Assembly (NCBI GenBank): GCA_015061945.1
Contig: SUVP01000011.1
Coordinates: 6,572-70,571 of the forward strand
Direction: 5' to 3'
DNA length: 64,000 nucleotides
Source: Opitutales bacterium
GTDB taxonomy: Bacteria; Verrucomicrobiota; Verrucomicrobiia; Opitutales; Intestinicryptomonadaceae
Below the pieces are notes generated by a model. It did not search any database, was not told the DNA's origin, and was given only the letters and a program-made list of their open reading frames with translations. Position numbers and translations under genes: made by a program. Below are positions 9,420 to 19,100 of this stretch, one piece after another (the stretch's first letter is position 1; every line of letters starts with the position of its first letter).

Positions 9420-10544
9420 CTATTTTTCTGATGCTGACATAAGGTTTTTAACTGCCGATGCCGCCGTTATTTCAGAATTAGCAATTAATTTTTTATAATG
9501 CTCCATCATACTTTCCATTCCATTTTGATTATAAAATTTTCTCAAAACTTCTTGTTCAAGCAATGATTGGAACCATTCTATTTTCTGCTCTCCACGACGT
9601 TTTTGGATATATCCAGTTGCAGTAAGTTTTTCACGAAATCCGTCGAGAAGTTTCCACGCTTCGCGGACGCCCATACCCGTGTGTGCCGAGCAAACCTCGC
9701 AGAAAGGTTTCCAATCGGGCGTAGGAGAATTCAAGAAATGCAAGACGCCCGAAAGCTCTGCTTTTTTCAGCATCGAACGCTCTACCATATTACCGTCGCA
9801 TTTATTTACAAGTATACCGTCGGCAAGCTCGATTACACCTTTTTTGATGCCTTGCAATTCGTCGCCTTGTGCAGCGAGTTGAACAAGCAAGAAAAAGTCG
9901 GTCATAGAGCGTACAGTTACTTCGCTTTGTCCGACACCGACTGTTTCAACGAGAATTACATCGTACCCAGCGGCTTCGCAAATTACCATAGTTTCACGAC
10001 TCTTGCGAGCCACACCACCGAGCATACCGCCCGACGGCGAAGGTCTGATAAATGCGTTTTCGTTGCGAGAAAGATTTTCCATTCTGGTCTTGTCGCCGAG
10101 GATACTTCCGCCAGTAATTGGGCTTGACGGGTCGACCGCAAGCACCGCAACTTTCTTGCCAAACTCGTCGCAAAGTAGCGAGCCAAATGTTTCGATAAAT
10201 GACGACTTTCCTGCTCCTGGAACTCCCGTAATCCCGATTCTATAAGCCTTACCCGAGTATGGCAAAAGTTCCGCAATGAGTTGTTGAGCCAAATCGAAAT
10301 GTGCTTCAGAATTACTTTCAATCAAAGTAATCGCACGAGCGATAATTGTTTTATTGCCCGACAACACGCCGTCTTTGTAATCTTGCAACGAAAGCTGGCG
10401 ACGCTTTGGACGTGGAGCTGTCGAGATTGTGTCATCAACAACATCATCTTTGCGAAGGTTAATCCCAGGCATTACCGATGTTGTAAAGAAATTTTTGTCG
10501 GCGTTTTCAGGCACCCATTCTGGACGTTTATTTTGGTTATTCAT
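9420..10544 (-). CDS. meaB: Methylmalonyl-CoA mutase-associated GTPase MeaB/ArgK
   Basis: IGITGVPGAGKSS P-loop, AVDPSSPITGGSILGDKTRM, VETVGVGQSE, GDELQGIKKG, VNKCD. Start taken at MNNQNK, overlapping the rmuC stop. Confidence 0.92.
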   Translation of the reverse strand: MNNQNKRPEWVPENADKNFFTTSVMPGINLRKDDVVDDTISTAPRPKRRQLSLQDYKDGVLSGNKTIIARAITLIESNSEAHFDLAQQLIAELLPYSGKAYRIGITGVPGAGKSSFIETFGSLLCDEFGKKVAVLAVDPSSPITGGSILGDKTRMENLSRNENAFIRPSPSGGMLGGVARKSRETMVICEAAGYDVILVETVGVGQSEVTVRSMTDFFLLVQLAAQGDELQGIKKGVIELADGILVNKCDGNMVERSMLKKAELSGVLHFLNSPTPDWKPFCEVCSAHTGMGVREAWKLLDGFREKLTATGYIQKRRGEQKIEWFQSLLEQEVLRKFYNQNGMESMMEHYKKLIANSEITAASAVKNLMSASEK

Positions 10545-10548
10545 CGTC
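10536..10548. repeat. 13-bp direct repeat, copy 1 (GACGATGAATAAC on the minus strand)
   Basis: Identical to 11860..11872; contains the rmuC stop and the meaB start. Confidence 0.85.
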
Positions 10549-11868
10549 TTTTTCCTCTTCAAAATCTATGTTAGCATTTTTTGATTTTTCTATAAATCTG
10601 TTTGCGGTTTCAAGAACGCTTTTCGAACCTTGCGAAAGTGTCTTTTTGGTATCGTCAAAATCTTTTTGCAAGCCCACGATTTTATTGCCGAGCTTTTCAA
10701 ATCGCTCCGAAAACAACTCGACTCTTTGGTGCAACAATCTTCCTGTATTGTACAATTCTTTAAGATTTTTTACGAACGCTTCGTTGCGATATGCAATCTC
10801 TGCAAACTTCAAAATACTCAAAACATTTGTTGGTGAAACAATCAAAACATTTGCCTGATATGCGTCTGACAAAAGCTTTTCATCTTCGGAAATTGCGAGT
10901 TCATACGCACCTTCTATTGGCATAAACATCATTTTGAAACTGCATGTGATATCCGGCAAATCGTTATATTTCCCCGCAAACTCGTTCAAATGTTCACGTA
11001 CAGAACGTTTAAATTTTGTGATTGCCGTGCGTTTTGCTGTTTGGTCATCAGCCGAACAATAGTCGGTATAATCTACAAGCGACAACTTGGAATCGACCAC
11101 GATTGAACGTTCGTTGGGCAAGTATACCACAAAGTCGGGCATAAGGCGTTTTTGCGAGCCTTCCTTGTCGATATAATTTTTTTGCGATTGATAATGTATA
11201 CCTTCTACAAATCCGCAATTTTCAAAGATTCTTTCAAGTATAGTTTCGCCCCAATTTCCAGCGACTTTATTTTTTGAACGCAATGCGTTTGACAAATTTT
11301 TTGCTTCTTCGCCAAGTTGTGCATTCATCTTCACCAGCGATTCAATATGTGCCGACATCGACGCATTGTTGCGAGCCCCAACCTCGCCCAACGCTTCCAT
11401 TCTTTGACGGAATTCGCTCAAACTATTTTTCAGCGGAGCGAGTACAAGCCCCATTTGTTCTATGTTTGAGCTCGACAACTTTTCTCGTGCCGACTCCAAC
11501 ATCTTGTTTGAAAGATTTTCAAAATCGCTCGCAAATTTTTCTCTAACCGCACGTTCTTCTTCTGCTCGATTTTCGAGACGTTCTGTCAGATGTGCTATTT
11601 TTTCTTCCGAAGTAGCGAGTTTTATTTGAGCGTCGGTTTTTGATTGCTCCAACGTTTTGCGTTCTTCTTCCGATTTTTTCAAATCTTCGGCAACGGCATC
11701 GGCACGAGTTTTTTCAGTTGCCAACGCTTTTGCATACTCCATTTCGAGCGTCGACGCATTCGCAAGTTGCGATTTCATTTTGTTGCGTTCAAGAATAAAC
11801 ATCACAACAGCGACAAATTCAAAAACCGATAAAATAATAAAAATTGTCAATAATACATCGTTATTCAT
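10537..11868 (-). CDS. rmuC: DNA recombination protein RmuC
   Basis: N-terminal TM helix, long coiled coil, GNWGETILERI, PDFVVYLPNERSIVVDSKLSL (PD-(D/E)xK-like), MFMPIEG. Start taken at MNNDVLL. Confidence 0.92.
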   Translation of the reverse strand: MNNDVLLTIFIILSVFEFVAVVMFILERNKMKSQLANASTLEMEYAKALATEKTRADAVAEDLKKSEEERKTLEQSKTDAQIKLATSEEKIAHLTERLENRAEEERAVREKFASDFENLSNKMLESAREKLSSSNIEQMGLVLAPLKNSLSEFRQRMEALGEVGARNNASMSAHIESLVKMNAQLGEEAKNLSNALRSKNKVAGNWGETILERIFENCGFVEGIHYQSQKNYIDKEGSQKRLMPDFVVYLPNERSIVVDSKLSLVDYTDYCSADDQTAKRTAITKFKRSVREHLNEFAGKYNDLPDITCSFKMMFMPIEGAYELAISEDEKLLSDAYQANVLIVSPTNVLSILKFAEIAYRNEAFVKNLKELYNTGRLLHQRVELFSERFEKLGNKIVGLQKDFDDTKKTLSQGSKSVLETANRFIEKSKNANIDFEEEKDDE

Positions 11869-11872
11869 CGTC
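11860..11872. repeat. 13-bp direct repeat, copy 2 (GACGATGAATAAC on the minus strand)
   Basis: Identical to 10536..10548; contains the stop of the dnaX-downstream frame and the rmuC start. Confidence 0.85.
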
Positions 11873-12235
11873 ATCATCCTCCAACGATTCCACAAGAGAA
11901 TCGTCCGTCAACATTGAATCGTCTGACAGTTCTTTTTGTTCTTCCTGTGTTTCTTCGACAATTCCGCCAGCGACCAATGTTTGTGGTTTACTTCCGAACT
12001 GTGAGTACAAAACATCTAACAAGCCTTGCGAGATTTTCTGCATAGCGTCTTCAAACTGAGCAGTACCCTCCTCGTAAATCTCAATTTTAGAAGTGTCCTG
12101 TTGAGCTTCGACAATCTTCTTTTTCTTTGGCGAACGGTCTATTTCAGCAGTGAACGCTTGGGCAAATTCTCGAGATTCTGCCAAAACTTGTCGAAGTAGT
12201 TCAGCTATTTTTTTTTTGAACTTCTGCGGGAGCAC
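11861..12235 (-). CDS. Acidic reading frame overlapping the dnaX 3' end; candidate +1-frame C-terminal extension of DnaX (tau-like tail)
   Basis: The only start is a GTG inside dnaX with no evident RBS. The frame opens across the A10 run, and its stop overlaps the rmuC ATG, which suggests it is translated. Confidence 0.65.
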   Translation of the reverse strand: MLPQKFKKKIAELLRQVLAESREFAQAFTAEIDRSPKKKKIVEAQQDTSKIEIYEEGTAQFEDAMQKISQGLLDVLYSQFGSKPQTLVAGGIVEETQEEQKELSDDSMLTDDSLVESLEDDDDE

Positions 12236-13334
12236 CCGAGAGTTTATCGAGCTCTTTAATCAATGTATTTATCGCACGAGCTCTGCTCTGTTCTACAGCT
12301 TTCAAAAGTGCTACTTCAAAATTCGCCTTTTCGGAAAGCCCGTTCTTTAGACCTTTTTCGGCGTTTTGCAAAACATCGAGCATACGCATCATTTGTTCGC
12401 TCGAGAGTTTTTTGTCGCCGAATTCTTTATAGCCTGTTGAGAACGATTCAATCATTGAAGTTCTCACAAAATTTTGCATATCGCACAATGCTCGATATAG
12501 GTCGCAACCATTTTCGACTAAATCATCGACTGCTTGGACAACTGCGGTGTAATCGCCCTTTGCCATTTTTTCGACAAGCCCAGAAATTTGAGATTCTGAT
12601 GCCAAGCCGTAAACGCCGATAACATCTGACACATCGAGCTTTTTGCCACAGAATGATATCATTTGGTCGAGAATACTTTGGGCATCACGCATACCGCCAT
12701 TTGCGAGACGTGATATTGCACGCAATGCTTCGTCAGTTGCTTCTATTTCTTCTTTTTTAGTAATCTCACGCAGATGTTCTGTTATCAATTTTTCAGAAAT
12801 TGGGCGAAATTCAAAGCGTTGACAACGCGATGTTATAGTTCCCAAAACCTTGTGAGCTTCGGTTGTAGCAAAGATAAATTTGACGTGTTTAGGTGGTTCC
12901 TCGAGAGTTTTCAAGAGAGCGTTAAATGCGTCAGTAGTCAAAGAGTGAACTTCGTCGATGATATAAATTTTGTATGTGCATTGAGCTGGTGCGTATTGAC
13001 ACTCATCTCGCAAGCTTCTTATTTCGTCAATTGAACGATTCGACGCACCATCGATTTCGACAACGTCCATACACGAGCCATTCATAATTGCCTGAGAAAT
13101 ATCGTCATCTTCAGGATGAATGCTTGGACCACCTTTTGCATTCAACGCCTTTGCGAAAAGGCGTGCAGTTGTGGTTTTGCCCGTTCCTCTTGGACCAACA
13201 AACAAGTATGCGTGTCCGATTCTGCCCGACTCAATAGCATTTGAAAGAGTTTTGACAATATGTTCTTGCCCGACCAATTCTGAAAATTGTTTTGGACGGT
13301 ATCTACGCGCGATTACTTGATATGTTTCACTCAT
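12201..13334 (-). CDS. dnaX: DNA polymerase III subunit gamma/tau (gamma-sized, 377 aa in frame 0)
   Basis: [76 protein letters not shown]. Confidence 0.95.
   Translation of the reverse strand: MSETYQVIARRYRPKQFSELVGQEHIVKTLSNAIESGRIGHAYLFVGPRGTGKTTTARLFAKALNAKGGPSIHPEDDDISQAIMNGSCMDVVEIDGASNRSIDEIRSLRDECQYAPAQCTYKIYIIDEVHSLTTDAFNALLKTLEEPPKHVKFIFATTEAHKVLGTITSRCQRFEFRPISEKLITEHLREITKKEEIEATDEALRAISRLANGGMRDAQSILDQMISFCGKKLDVSDVIGVYGLASESQISGLVEKMAKGDYTAVVQAVDDLVENGCDLYRALCDMQNFVRTSMIESFSTGYKEFGDKKLSSEQMMRMLDVLQNAEKGLKNGLSEKANFEVALLKAVEQSRARAINTLIKELDKLSGAPAEVQKKNS
12208..12217 (-). other. A10 homopolymer at the dnaX frame junction (candidate slippage/frameshift site)
   Basis: Minus strand GTT CAA AAA AAA AAT AGC TGA. 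Removing one A gives GTT CAA AAA AAA ATA GCT GAA, in frame with 11861..12235. Confidence 0.7.
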
Positions 13335-13402
13335 TATCCAACCACTTTATTCTACCCATTTTTTAAGACAAGTTTTTTCTTCAAAAATAATGATATATCG
13401 AC

Positions 13403-13433
13403 AAAAAAAAGCGAGTGGCGGTTTGCCACTCGC
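13403..13433 (-). terminator. Intrinsic terminator
   Basis: gcgagtggc/gccactcgc 9-bp stem followed by T8 on the minus strand. Confidence 0.85.
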
Positions 13434-13454
13434 GAGCTTTAGTTTGATATAAAA

Positions 13455-16298
13455 TTATTGTTTTACAATTTCGTAATAGAGTGCTGGTTCGGCGAGTTTT
13501 CCTGTGTCGATATCGAGTTTCATTTTGTTATCCTCGATTTTAAATGGCACTTCTTCAAATCTTTCACCGTTCATTTTCAATGCGTAAATTGTGTATTTCG
13601 GATCGCCTATAAGCTTTGCAAAGAAACCACGTTTTGGCAACTCGATTTCAACAGAGAATTTACCTGTCTTGACGAGAATTGGCAATCTTCCACGAGTTTT
13701 AAGTGTCGACTTATCTGGCGAAAGCTCAACACCAGTTGAAGTGTTGTCGGTATTATATACCAAAACCATTCGCTTCGATTTTCCCAGTGGCTTGTTATCA
13801 ACACTTGTCAAAGCGATTGCCGCTGGTTCGCTCGACGAAATAACATTGAGCTTTCCAAGCTTTGTCGACTTCATACCGACTTTCCAAACTACTGCTTCAG
13901 TTTTTGGTGTTGATACTTTCACCCAACCTTCTTTGAAGTTTGTTGTAATTTCACCAGTGTCTGTTTGGTAGATACATTCTGCCGGATTCGAGATATTTTC
14001 TTGTGGCAAAATCCCTTTTTCTTTGAGGAGTTTTGCTGTCGCATTGATATCAAACTGTTCCTTTTCGTGAGCTGCTGGCCCTGTGCTATTGCCATACACT
14101 TCACGAGCACTTCCGATTGGCTCCATTTGCATATCGGCTGGCTTTACTTTTACATTTTTCAAATCTGAAATTTTGCGAGCCGACGGGAAGTCGATACCAA
14201 AGCCTGTCATAAACGCAATCTTTGCTTGTTCGTGATTCATCCCTTTTGTCATATTGTGCGATGTTTCAACATATCTCTTGCTATACACAACATCGACACG
14301 CTTTTTAGCTGGCGATACGTCGCCACGATAGAAAAGCATACAACTAAGGAATTCGTTTGCACGATACACGGGCGAGTCGGCTACTTCAAAGCATGAGACT
14401 GGTCCAGGTCCGTACACTGAAACTGCTTGGTCGTGAATTGTCAAATTATCGAAGTTTTGGAAAGCCGAGTATGCTGGGAAGAATACCCCAGCTTCGTGCT
14501 TCCATGGGTTCCAGTGCGAGTGTTGGTATTCCGTTACGCAATATGGGCGGTCGTACATTCTCTTGTTTGCTGCGTGCAACCAATATGTAGCTTGATTACC
14601 CGGAAGCAACGACGACATCTGTGGAACTCTTGAACCTGGCGACATAAATGCACTTGGGTGGACAAAGTATACATTGTTTGCCATATATGTTCCAGCTTCG
14701 GCACTGAGAAGATATACGTCGGTACGGATTGCACAGTTATGTTGGTGAAGTGGTGCTGTAAAACCGATTTCTTCACGGATAACTTTTTCACAGAATCTCT
14801 GCATATCACGTGAATAGTGAATGCAGAATTGTGCGACATCTGCAGAATTGCGATGTTCTCTTTTATCAAATGGTGCGAGATCATTAAAGCTTTTGATTGG
14901 CTTTTTAAGTTTCCATTTTGCGTTAAGCTCGGCGACGTTTTTGTAGCGAGTTGCAATCCACTCACGGAATACTTTATTACCAAAATCTTTACCTTCTCGA
15001 CTCAAACAGCTGTGGAAAGGATAGAGTGTGTCGAGCTCGTTAAAGTATTCGGTTGTCGCAATCGACATATCGTCTTTCCACGCTTTACCCGTGTATGGGT
15101 TGACGTGATTCAACTGATAGTGCATAAGTTTACGCCAGTCTTCTCGAGTTTTCTTATCACCAAAGATAAATTTGCACTTTACATCGATACGGTCAGACCA
15201 TTTAAAATCGGGATCTCCCAAGTCGTGCGACGACAAATTCCAGTGCGAGTACACACCTTCACGAGCGAGTGCAAAAATAAAATAGTCGTACAAATCGCGA
15301 ACTGCCGGTTTCATTTTGTAAGGTTCTTCAAACTCGAAACCCTTGTTGCCTTGATTCATATAAAGACGCCAGCGGAGCATATTGTAGCCTTGTTTTCTGT
15401 ACTTCTTTACAACTCTATCAATATCTGCGTGAGTCTTGATTGTGCGTGTAAATGCTGCTGATGGACGGTCGTTTGTGCCTTTGAATTTTACGCGAACTCC
15501 AGGGCGTTTTTCAAATTCAAACTGACCTTTTTCGTTGACAATTAAGCGACCATATTTACCTGCTGGTGCTTCTGTCATAAGATTCGTCATATCGAGTGCT
15601 GAACCTTCGAGAACTTCGTGTTTCGACTCAACAGGTTTCCATTCATTTGGATCAAACTTGAAAGACTTTCCCACCGATTCTAATTTGTCTGAAAATGTGA
15701 TTGCATAAATATCCCAATCGACAATTCCGTATGAGTTAATTTCGATAACTTCAAATGGGTCGTACATTGAATTTATCGGGAATACCGATATGTACAAATT
15801 ACCTTTTTTTGCGTTTTTGTCGTCAGAGAAAATGCGTTTTGCATTGCCGAGAAAATCGTCTTTGAAGAATGAACCTGCGATATCAAAATTTTTTGGATAG
15901 TAAACTTGAACCGACTTACCGCCTCTTATTTGCATCGTCGCAACATTGCCATTGCCGATATTGCCATAGGTCTTATCGCCCGAGGTTGTATGTATGATAT
16001 ACATATTGCGATATTTGATTTTTTCGTTTGGCAATTTGATAAGAACCTTTTGATTCTTACCGCCTTTAAATCGGATAATATTTTTACCACCATTTTTTGA
16101 TGGGTCGATAACATTGAACTTAACTGGTCCCAAATAAACTGGCTTGTCGGAGAACTTAAAGTTTTTAATCGACATATCACCTTCCTGCGATGACGCATTC
16201 GCTACCGCTGAAATATCGACGTGTTTATACAATGGTTTTGCTTGCAAGCAAACGCTCGAGGCAAGCAACACCCCCATGAGAGTTATAATCTTCTTCAT
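13455..16298 (-). CDS. Large secreted putative clan GH-A glycoside hydrolase, family unassigned
   Basis: Signal peptide, YFNELD (putative acid/base), WIATRYKNVAELNAKW (GH42-like segment), RPYCVTEY (putative nucleophile), accessory N- and C-terminal domains. Confidence 0.65.
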   Translation of the reverse strand: MKKIITLMGVLLASSVCLQAKPLYKHVDISAVANASSQEGDMSIKNFKFSDKPVYLGPVKFNVIDPSKNGGKNIIRFKGGKNQKVLIKLPNEKIKYRNMYIIHTTSGDKTYGNIGNGNVATMQIRGGKSVQVYYPKNFDIAGSFFKDDFLGNAKRIFSDDKNAKKGNLYISVFPINSMYDPFEVIEINSYGIVDWDIYAITFSDKLESVGKSFKFDPNEWKPVESKHEVLEGSALDMTNLMTEAPAGKYGRLIVNEKGQFEFEKRPGVRVKFKGTNDRPSAAFTRTIKTHADIDRVVKKYRKQGYNMLRWRLYMNQGNKGFEFEEPYKMKPAVRDLYDYFIFALAREGVYSHWNLSSHDLGDPDFKWSDRIDVKCKFIFGDKKTREDWRKLMHYQLNHVNPYTGKAWKDDMSIATTEYFNELDTLYPFHSCLSREGKDFGNKVFREWIATRYKNVAELNAKWKLKKPIKSFNDLAPFDKREHRNSADVAQFCIHYSRDMQRFCEKVIREEIGFTAPLHQHNCAIRTDVYLLSAEAGTYMANNVYFVHPSAFMSPGSRVPQMSSLLPGNQATYWLHAANKRMYDRPYCVTEYQHSHWNPWKHEAGVFFPAYSAFQNFDNLTIHDQAVSVYGPGPVSCFEVADSPVYRANEFLSCMLFYRGDVSPAKKRVDVVYSKRYVETSHNMTKGMNHEQAKIAFMTGFGIDFPSARKISDLKNVKVKPADMQMEPIGSAREVYGNSTGPAAHEKEQFDINATAKLLKEKGILPQENISNPAECIYQTDTGEITTNFKEGWVKVSTPKTEAVVWKVGMKSTKLGKLNVISSSEPAAIALTSVDNKPLGKSKRMVLVYNTDNTSTGVELSPDKSTLKTRGRLPILVKTGKFSVEIELPKRGFFAKLIGDPKYTIYALKMNGERFEEVPFKIEDNKMKLDIDTGKLAEPALYYEIVKQ

Positions 16299-16369
16299 AA
16301 TTAGATAAGTGTTAATTTTGAATATTAGACAAAAGATAGCAGTTAGTTTTTTTCAATCAAGCAACAAAA

Positions 16370-18334
16370 CTATTTTTTCATATTTGCACGGATATGTTTT
16401 ATTTGGTCACGAAGCAATGCGGCACGTTCAAAGTCGTACATATCGGCGGCAGAAAGCATTTCTTGTTGGAGTTCGTCGATAATTCTATCGACTTGGCTCT
16501 TCGATTTTTTCGATATATTTGCGAGTTTGTTTTCACGTTTCACAAGAGAATCTTGAACCGGACGGCTCACTGTTTTGGGAACAATTCCGTGTTCTTTGTT
16601 GTATGCCATTTGCGTTTCACGACGCTTTGTGCATACATCGATTGCCTTTTTGAGAGAATCGGTCATATTATCGGCGTAAAGGATAACCCGACCACGTTCG
16701 TGTCGGGCTGCACGCCCTGCCGTTTGAATTAAGCTTGTCGCACTACGCAAGAATCCTTCTTTGTCGGCATCGAGAATGCAAACAAGCGAAACTTCGGGAA
16801 CATCCAAACCTTCACGCAAAAGGTTTACCCCAACGAGTGCGTCGATTTCCCCCAATCTCAAGCGACGCAAAATTTCAACACGTTCGATTGCGTCAATATC
16901 GCTGTGCAAATACTCGACACGCACGCCTGACTCACGTAAGAAGTCGGAAATATCTTCGCTCATTCGCTTGGTTAGAGTTGTTACAAAAACTCTATCGCCA
17001 CGCTCAGCCGACTCTTTAATTTCTGCGATACAATCTTCAACTTGTCCTTTAATCGGACGCACAATCATCTCTGGATCGAGAAGCCCTGTCGGGCGGAGAA
17101 CTTGCTCTGCGATTGTGTCGCTAACAGACAATTCAAACGGTGCTGGCGTTGCAGAAATAAAGATAGTTTGCCCTGTCAAAGAATCAAATTCGTCTGGACG
17201 AAGTGGACGGTTATCCAACGCACTGGGCAAACGGAATCCGTATTCAATCAGACGTTCTTTGCGAGCTCTATCGCCATTGTACATCGCACGCACTTGCGAG
17301 TATGTCACATGGCTTTCGTCGATAAACAAGATTGTTTCTTTTGGAAAAAAGTCGAGCAAACACCACGGACGTGAACCTTCGGGACGCCCTGCCAAGTGGC
17401 GAGAATAATTTTCAATACCTGTGCAAAATCCGGTTTCGGCAAGCATATCCAAATCTTGATCGGTACGCATTTTTATGCGTTGTGCTTCCAAAAGTTTATT
17501 TTCTTTTTCGAGCTGTGCGACTCGCATTTCAAGCTCTTCACGGATATGTGGAATTGCTCTTTCTATACTTTCTTTGGGAGTTACAAAACCTGTTGCTGGA
17601 TACAAATCAAATCTATCTAATTTACCCAAACTTTCGCCTGTAAGTGGATCGATTTTTTTGAGCGAGTCGATTTCATCGCCGAAAAATTCGACTCTCAACG
17701 CTGTATCGAGATACGCTGGGAAAATATCAATCACATCGCCACGCACACGGAAAACACCTCGTTCAAAAGAAATATCGTTGCGTGTATATTGTATATCAAT
17801 CATCTTTTCGGTAAGGCTTTCACGAGAAATTTGCATGCCCTTGCGAAGTGGAACCATCATCTTGCGGAAATCATCTGGCGAACCCAAGCCGTAAATACAC
17901 GACACTGTCGCAATCACGATAACATCTTTGCGAGAAACGAGCGAACTTGCTGTCGAGATTCTCAACTTTTCGATATCGTCGTTTATCGATGAATCTTTTT
18001 CGATATAAGTGTCGGTTTGTGGAATGTATGCTTCGGGCTGGTAATAGTCGTAATAACTTACAAAATACTCGACAGCATTTTCTGGAAAAAATTCTTTAAA
18101 CTCTGAATACAACTGGGCTGACAACGTTTTGTTGTGCGAGATTATCAACGCTGGACGATTCATTTTTGCGATGATATTTGCCATCGTAAAAGTCTTGCCC
18201 GATCCAGTTACGCCAACGAGCGTTGAATATTTTGAACCACGCTCAAGCGACGCACACAACGCTTCAATAGCTTGTGGCTGGTCGCCCGATGGTTTAAATT
18301 TTGATGATAATTTAAATAATGGTTGTTCCGACAT
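16370..18334 (-). CDS. uvrB: Excinuclease ABC subunit B
   Basis: PSGDQPQAI, LVGVTGSGKT, FVSYYDYYQPEAY, FIDESH, GFRLPSALDNRP, VNLLREGLD, C-terminal UVR coiled coil. Start taken at MSEQ. Confidence 0.97.
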   Translation of the reverse strand: MSEQPLFKLSSKFKPSGDQPQAIEALCASLERGSKYSTLVGVTGSGKTFTMANIIAKMNRPALIISHNKTLSAQLYSEFKEFFPENAVEYFVSYYDYYQPEAYIPQTDTYIEKDSSINDDIEKLRISTASSLVSRKDVIVIATVSCIYGLGSPDDFRKMMVPLRKGMQISRESLTEKMIDIQYTRNDISFERGVFRVRGDVIDIFPAYLDTALRVEFFGDEIDSLKKIDPLTGESLGKLDRFDLYPATGFVTPKESIERAIPHIREELEMRVAQLEKENKLLEAQRIKMRTDQDLDMLAETGFCTGIENYSRHLAGRPEGSRPWCLLDFFPKETILFIDESHVTYSQVRAMYNGDRARKERLIEYGFRLPSALDNRPLRPDEFDSLTGQTIFISATPAPFELSVSDTIAEQVLRPTGLLDPEMIVRPIKGQVEDCIAEIKESAERGDRVFVTTLTKRMSEDISDFLRESGVRVEYLHSDIDAIERVEILRRLRLGEIDALVGVNLLREGLDVPEVSLVCILDADKEGFLRSATSLIQTAGRAARHERGRVILYADNMTDSLKKAIDVCTKRRETQMAYNKEHGIVPKTVSRPVQDSLVKRENKLANISKKSKSQVDRIIDELQQEMLSAADMYDFERAALLRDQIKHIRANMKK

Positions 18335-18339
18335 ATTTA

Positions 18340-19014
18340 TTATTTCTTTTTCCAAATCCCTTCTATAATAGATGCGTCCATCGGAATAAAATCTTCAATA
18401 ATAATATCTGGAAAACCTTTTATTCGTGATTCCCAAAAGTCTGACGGAAATGTTGTCGACACTGCTACTGTTTTCATTTTTGCAGAAATACCAGCGTCTA
18501 TACCAGCTTCTGAATCTTCAAACACTATGCAACGGCGTGGCTGAACGCCGATTTTTTCGGACGCACACAAGAATACATCAGGTGCGGGTTTACCACGGGA
18601 TACGTCTTCCATAGTCGCCGATGCAACAAAATATTTGCCAAAGTCAAGTTTATCGAGTGCTTGTTCGAGATTCTTGCGTGGCGTTGACGACCCAATCGCA
18701 CAAGGTATTCCAGCCGATTGCAAGCTTTGCAAAAACTTTTCTATTCCGTCGACAAGTGGCAATCCTTCATCGGCAACTATTTTGCGATAGTATTCTTCTT
18801 TTTCGTCCGACATTTCTGCGACAAGCTTCATATCGTCAGTCCACTTGAGGATATTCGGGATAATTTCGAGATTACGCTTACCGAAAGTATCAGCCATAAA
18901 GTTCGCTGGAATTGTATGCCCGTGTGCTTCGGCGAGCATTTCCCAACTTTTAAGATGTGCTTTTTCAGAGTTTACAACAACTCCGTCCCAATCAAAAATT
19001 GCTCCAATGTTCAT
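18340..19014 (-). CDS. HAD-family phosphatase (beta-phosphoglucomutase-like)
   Basis: IFDWDGVV motif I, IGSST motif II, GKPAPDVFL, VFEDSEAG motif IV. Confidence 0.9.
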   Translation of the reverse strand: MNIGAIFDWDGVVVNSEKAHLKSWEMLAEAHGHTIPANFMADTFGKRNLEIIPNILKWTDDMKLVAEMSDEKEEYYRKIVADEGLPLVDGIEKFLQSLQSAGIPCAIGSSTPRKNLEQALDKLDFGKYFVASATMEDVSRGKPAPDVFLCASEKIGVQPRRCIVFEDSEAGIDAGISAKMKTVAVSTTFPSDFWESRIKGFPDIIIEDFIPMDASIIEGIWKKK

Positions 19015-19100
19015 ATAAGAATATTATTTCAATTTTATAGAAAATTTTAAAGACTTTTTTTGTTGAAACCAGTTTTATTTAGTTTAAAACTTTTTAATCA

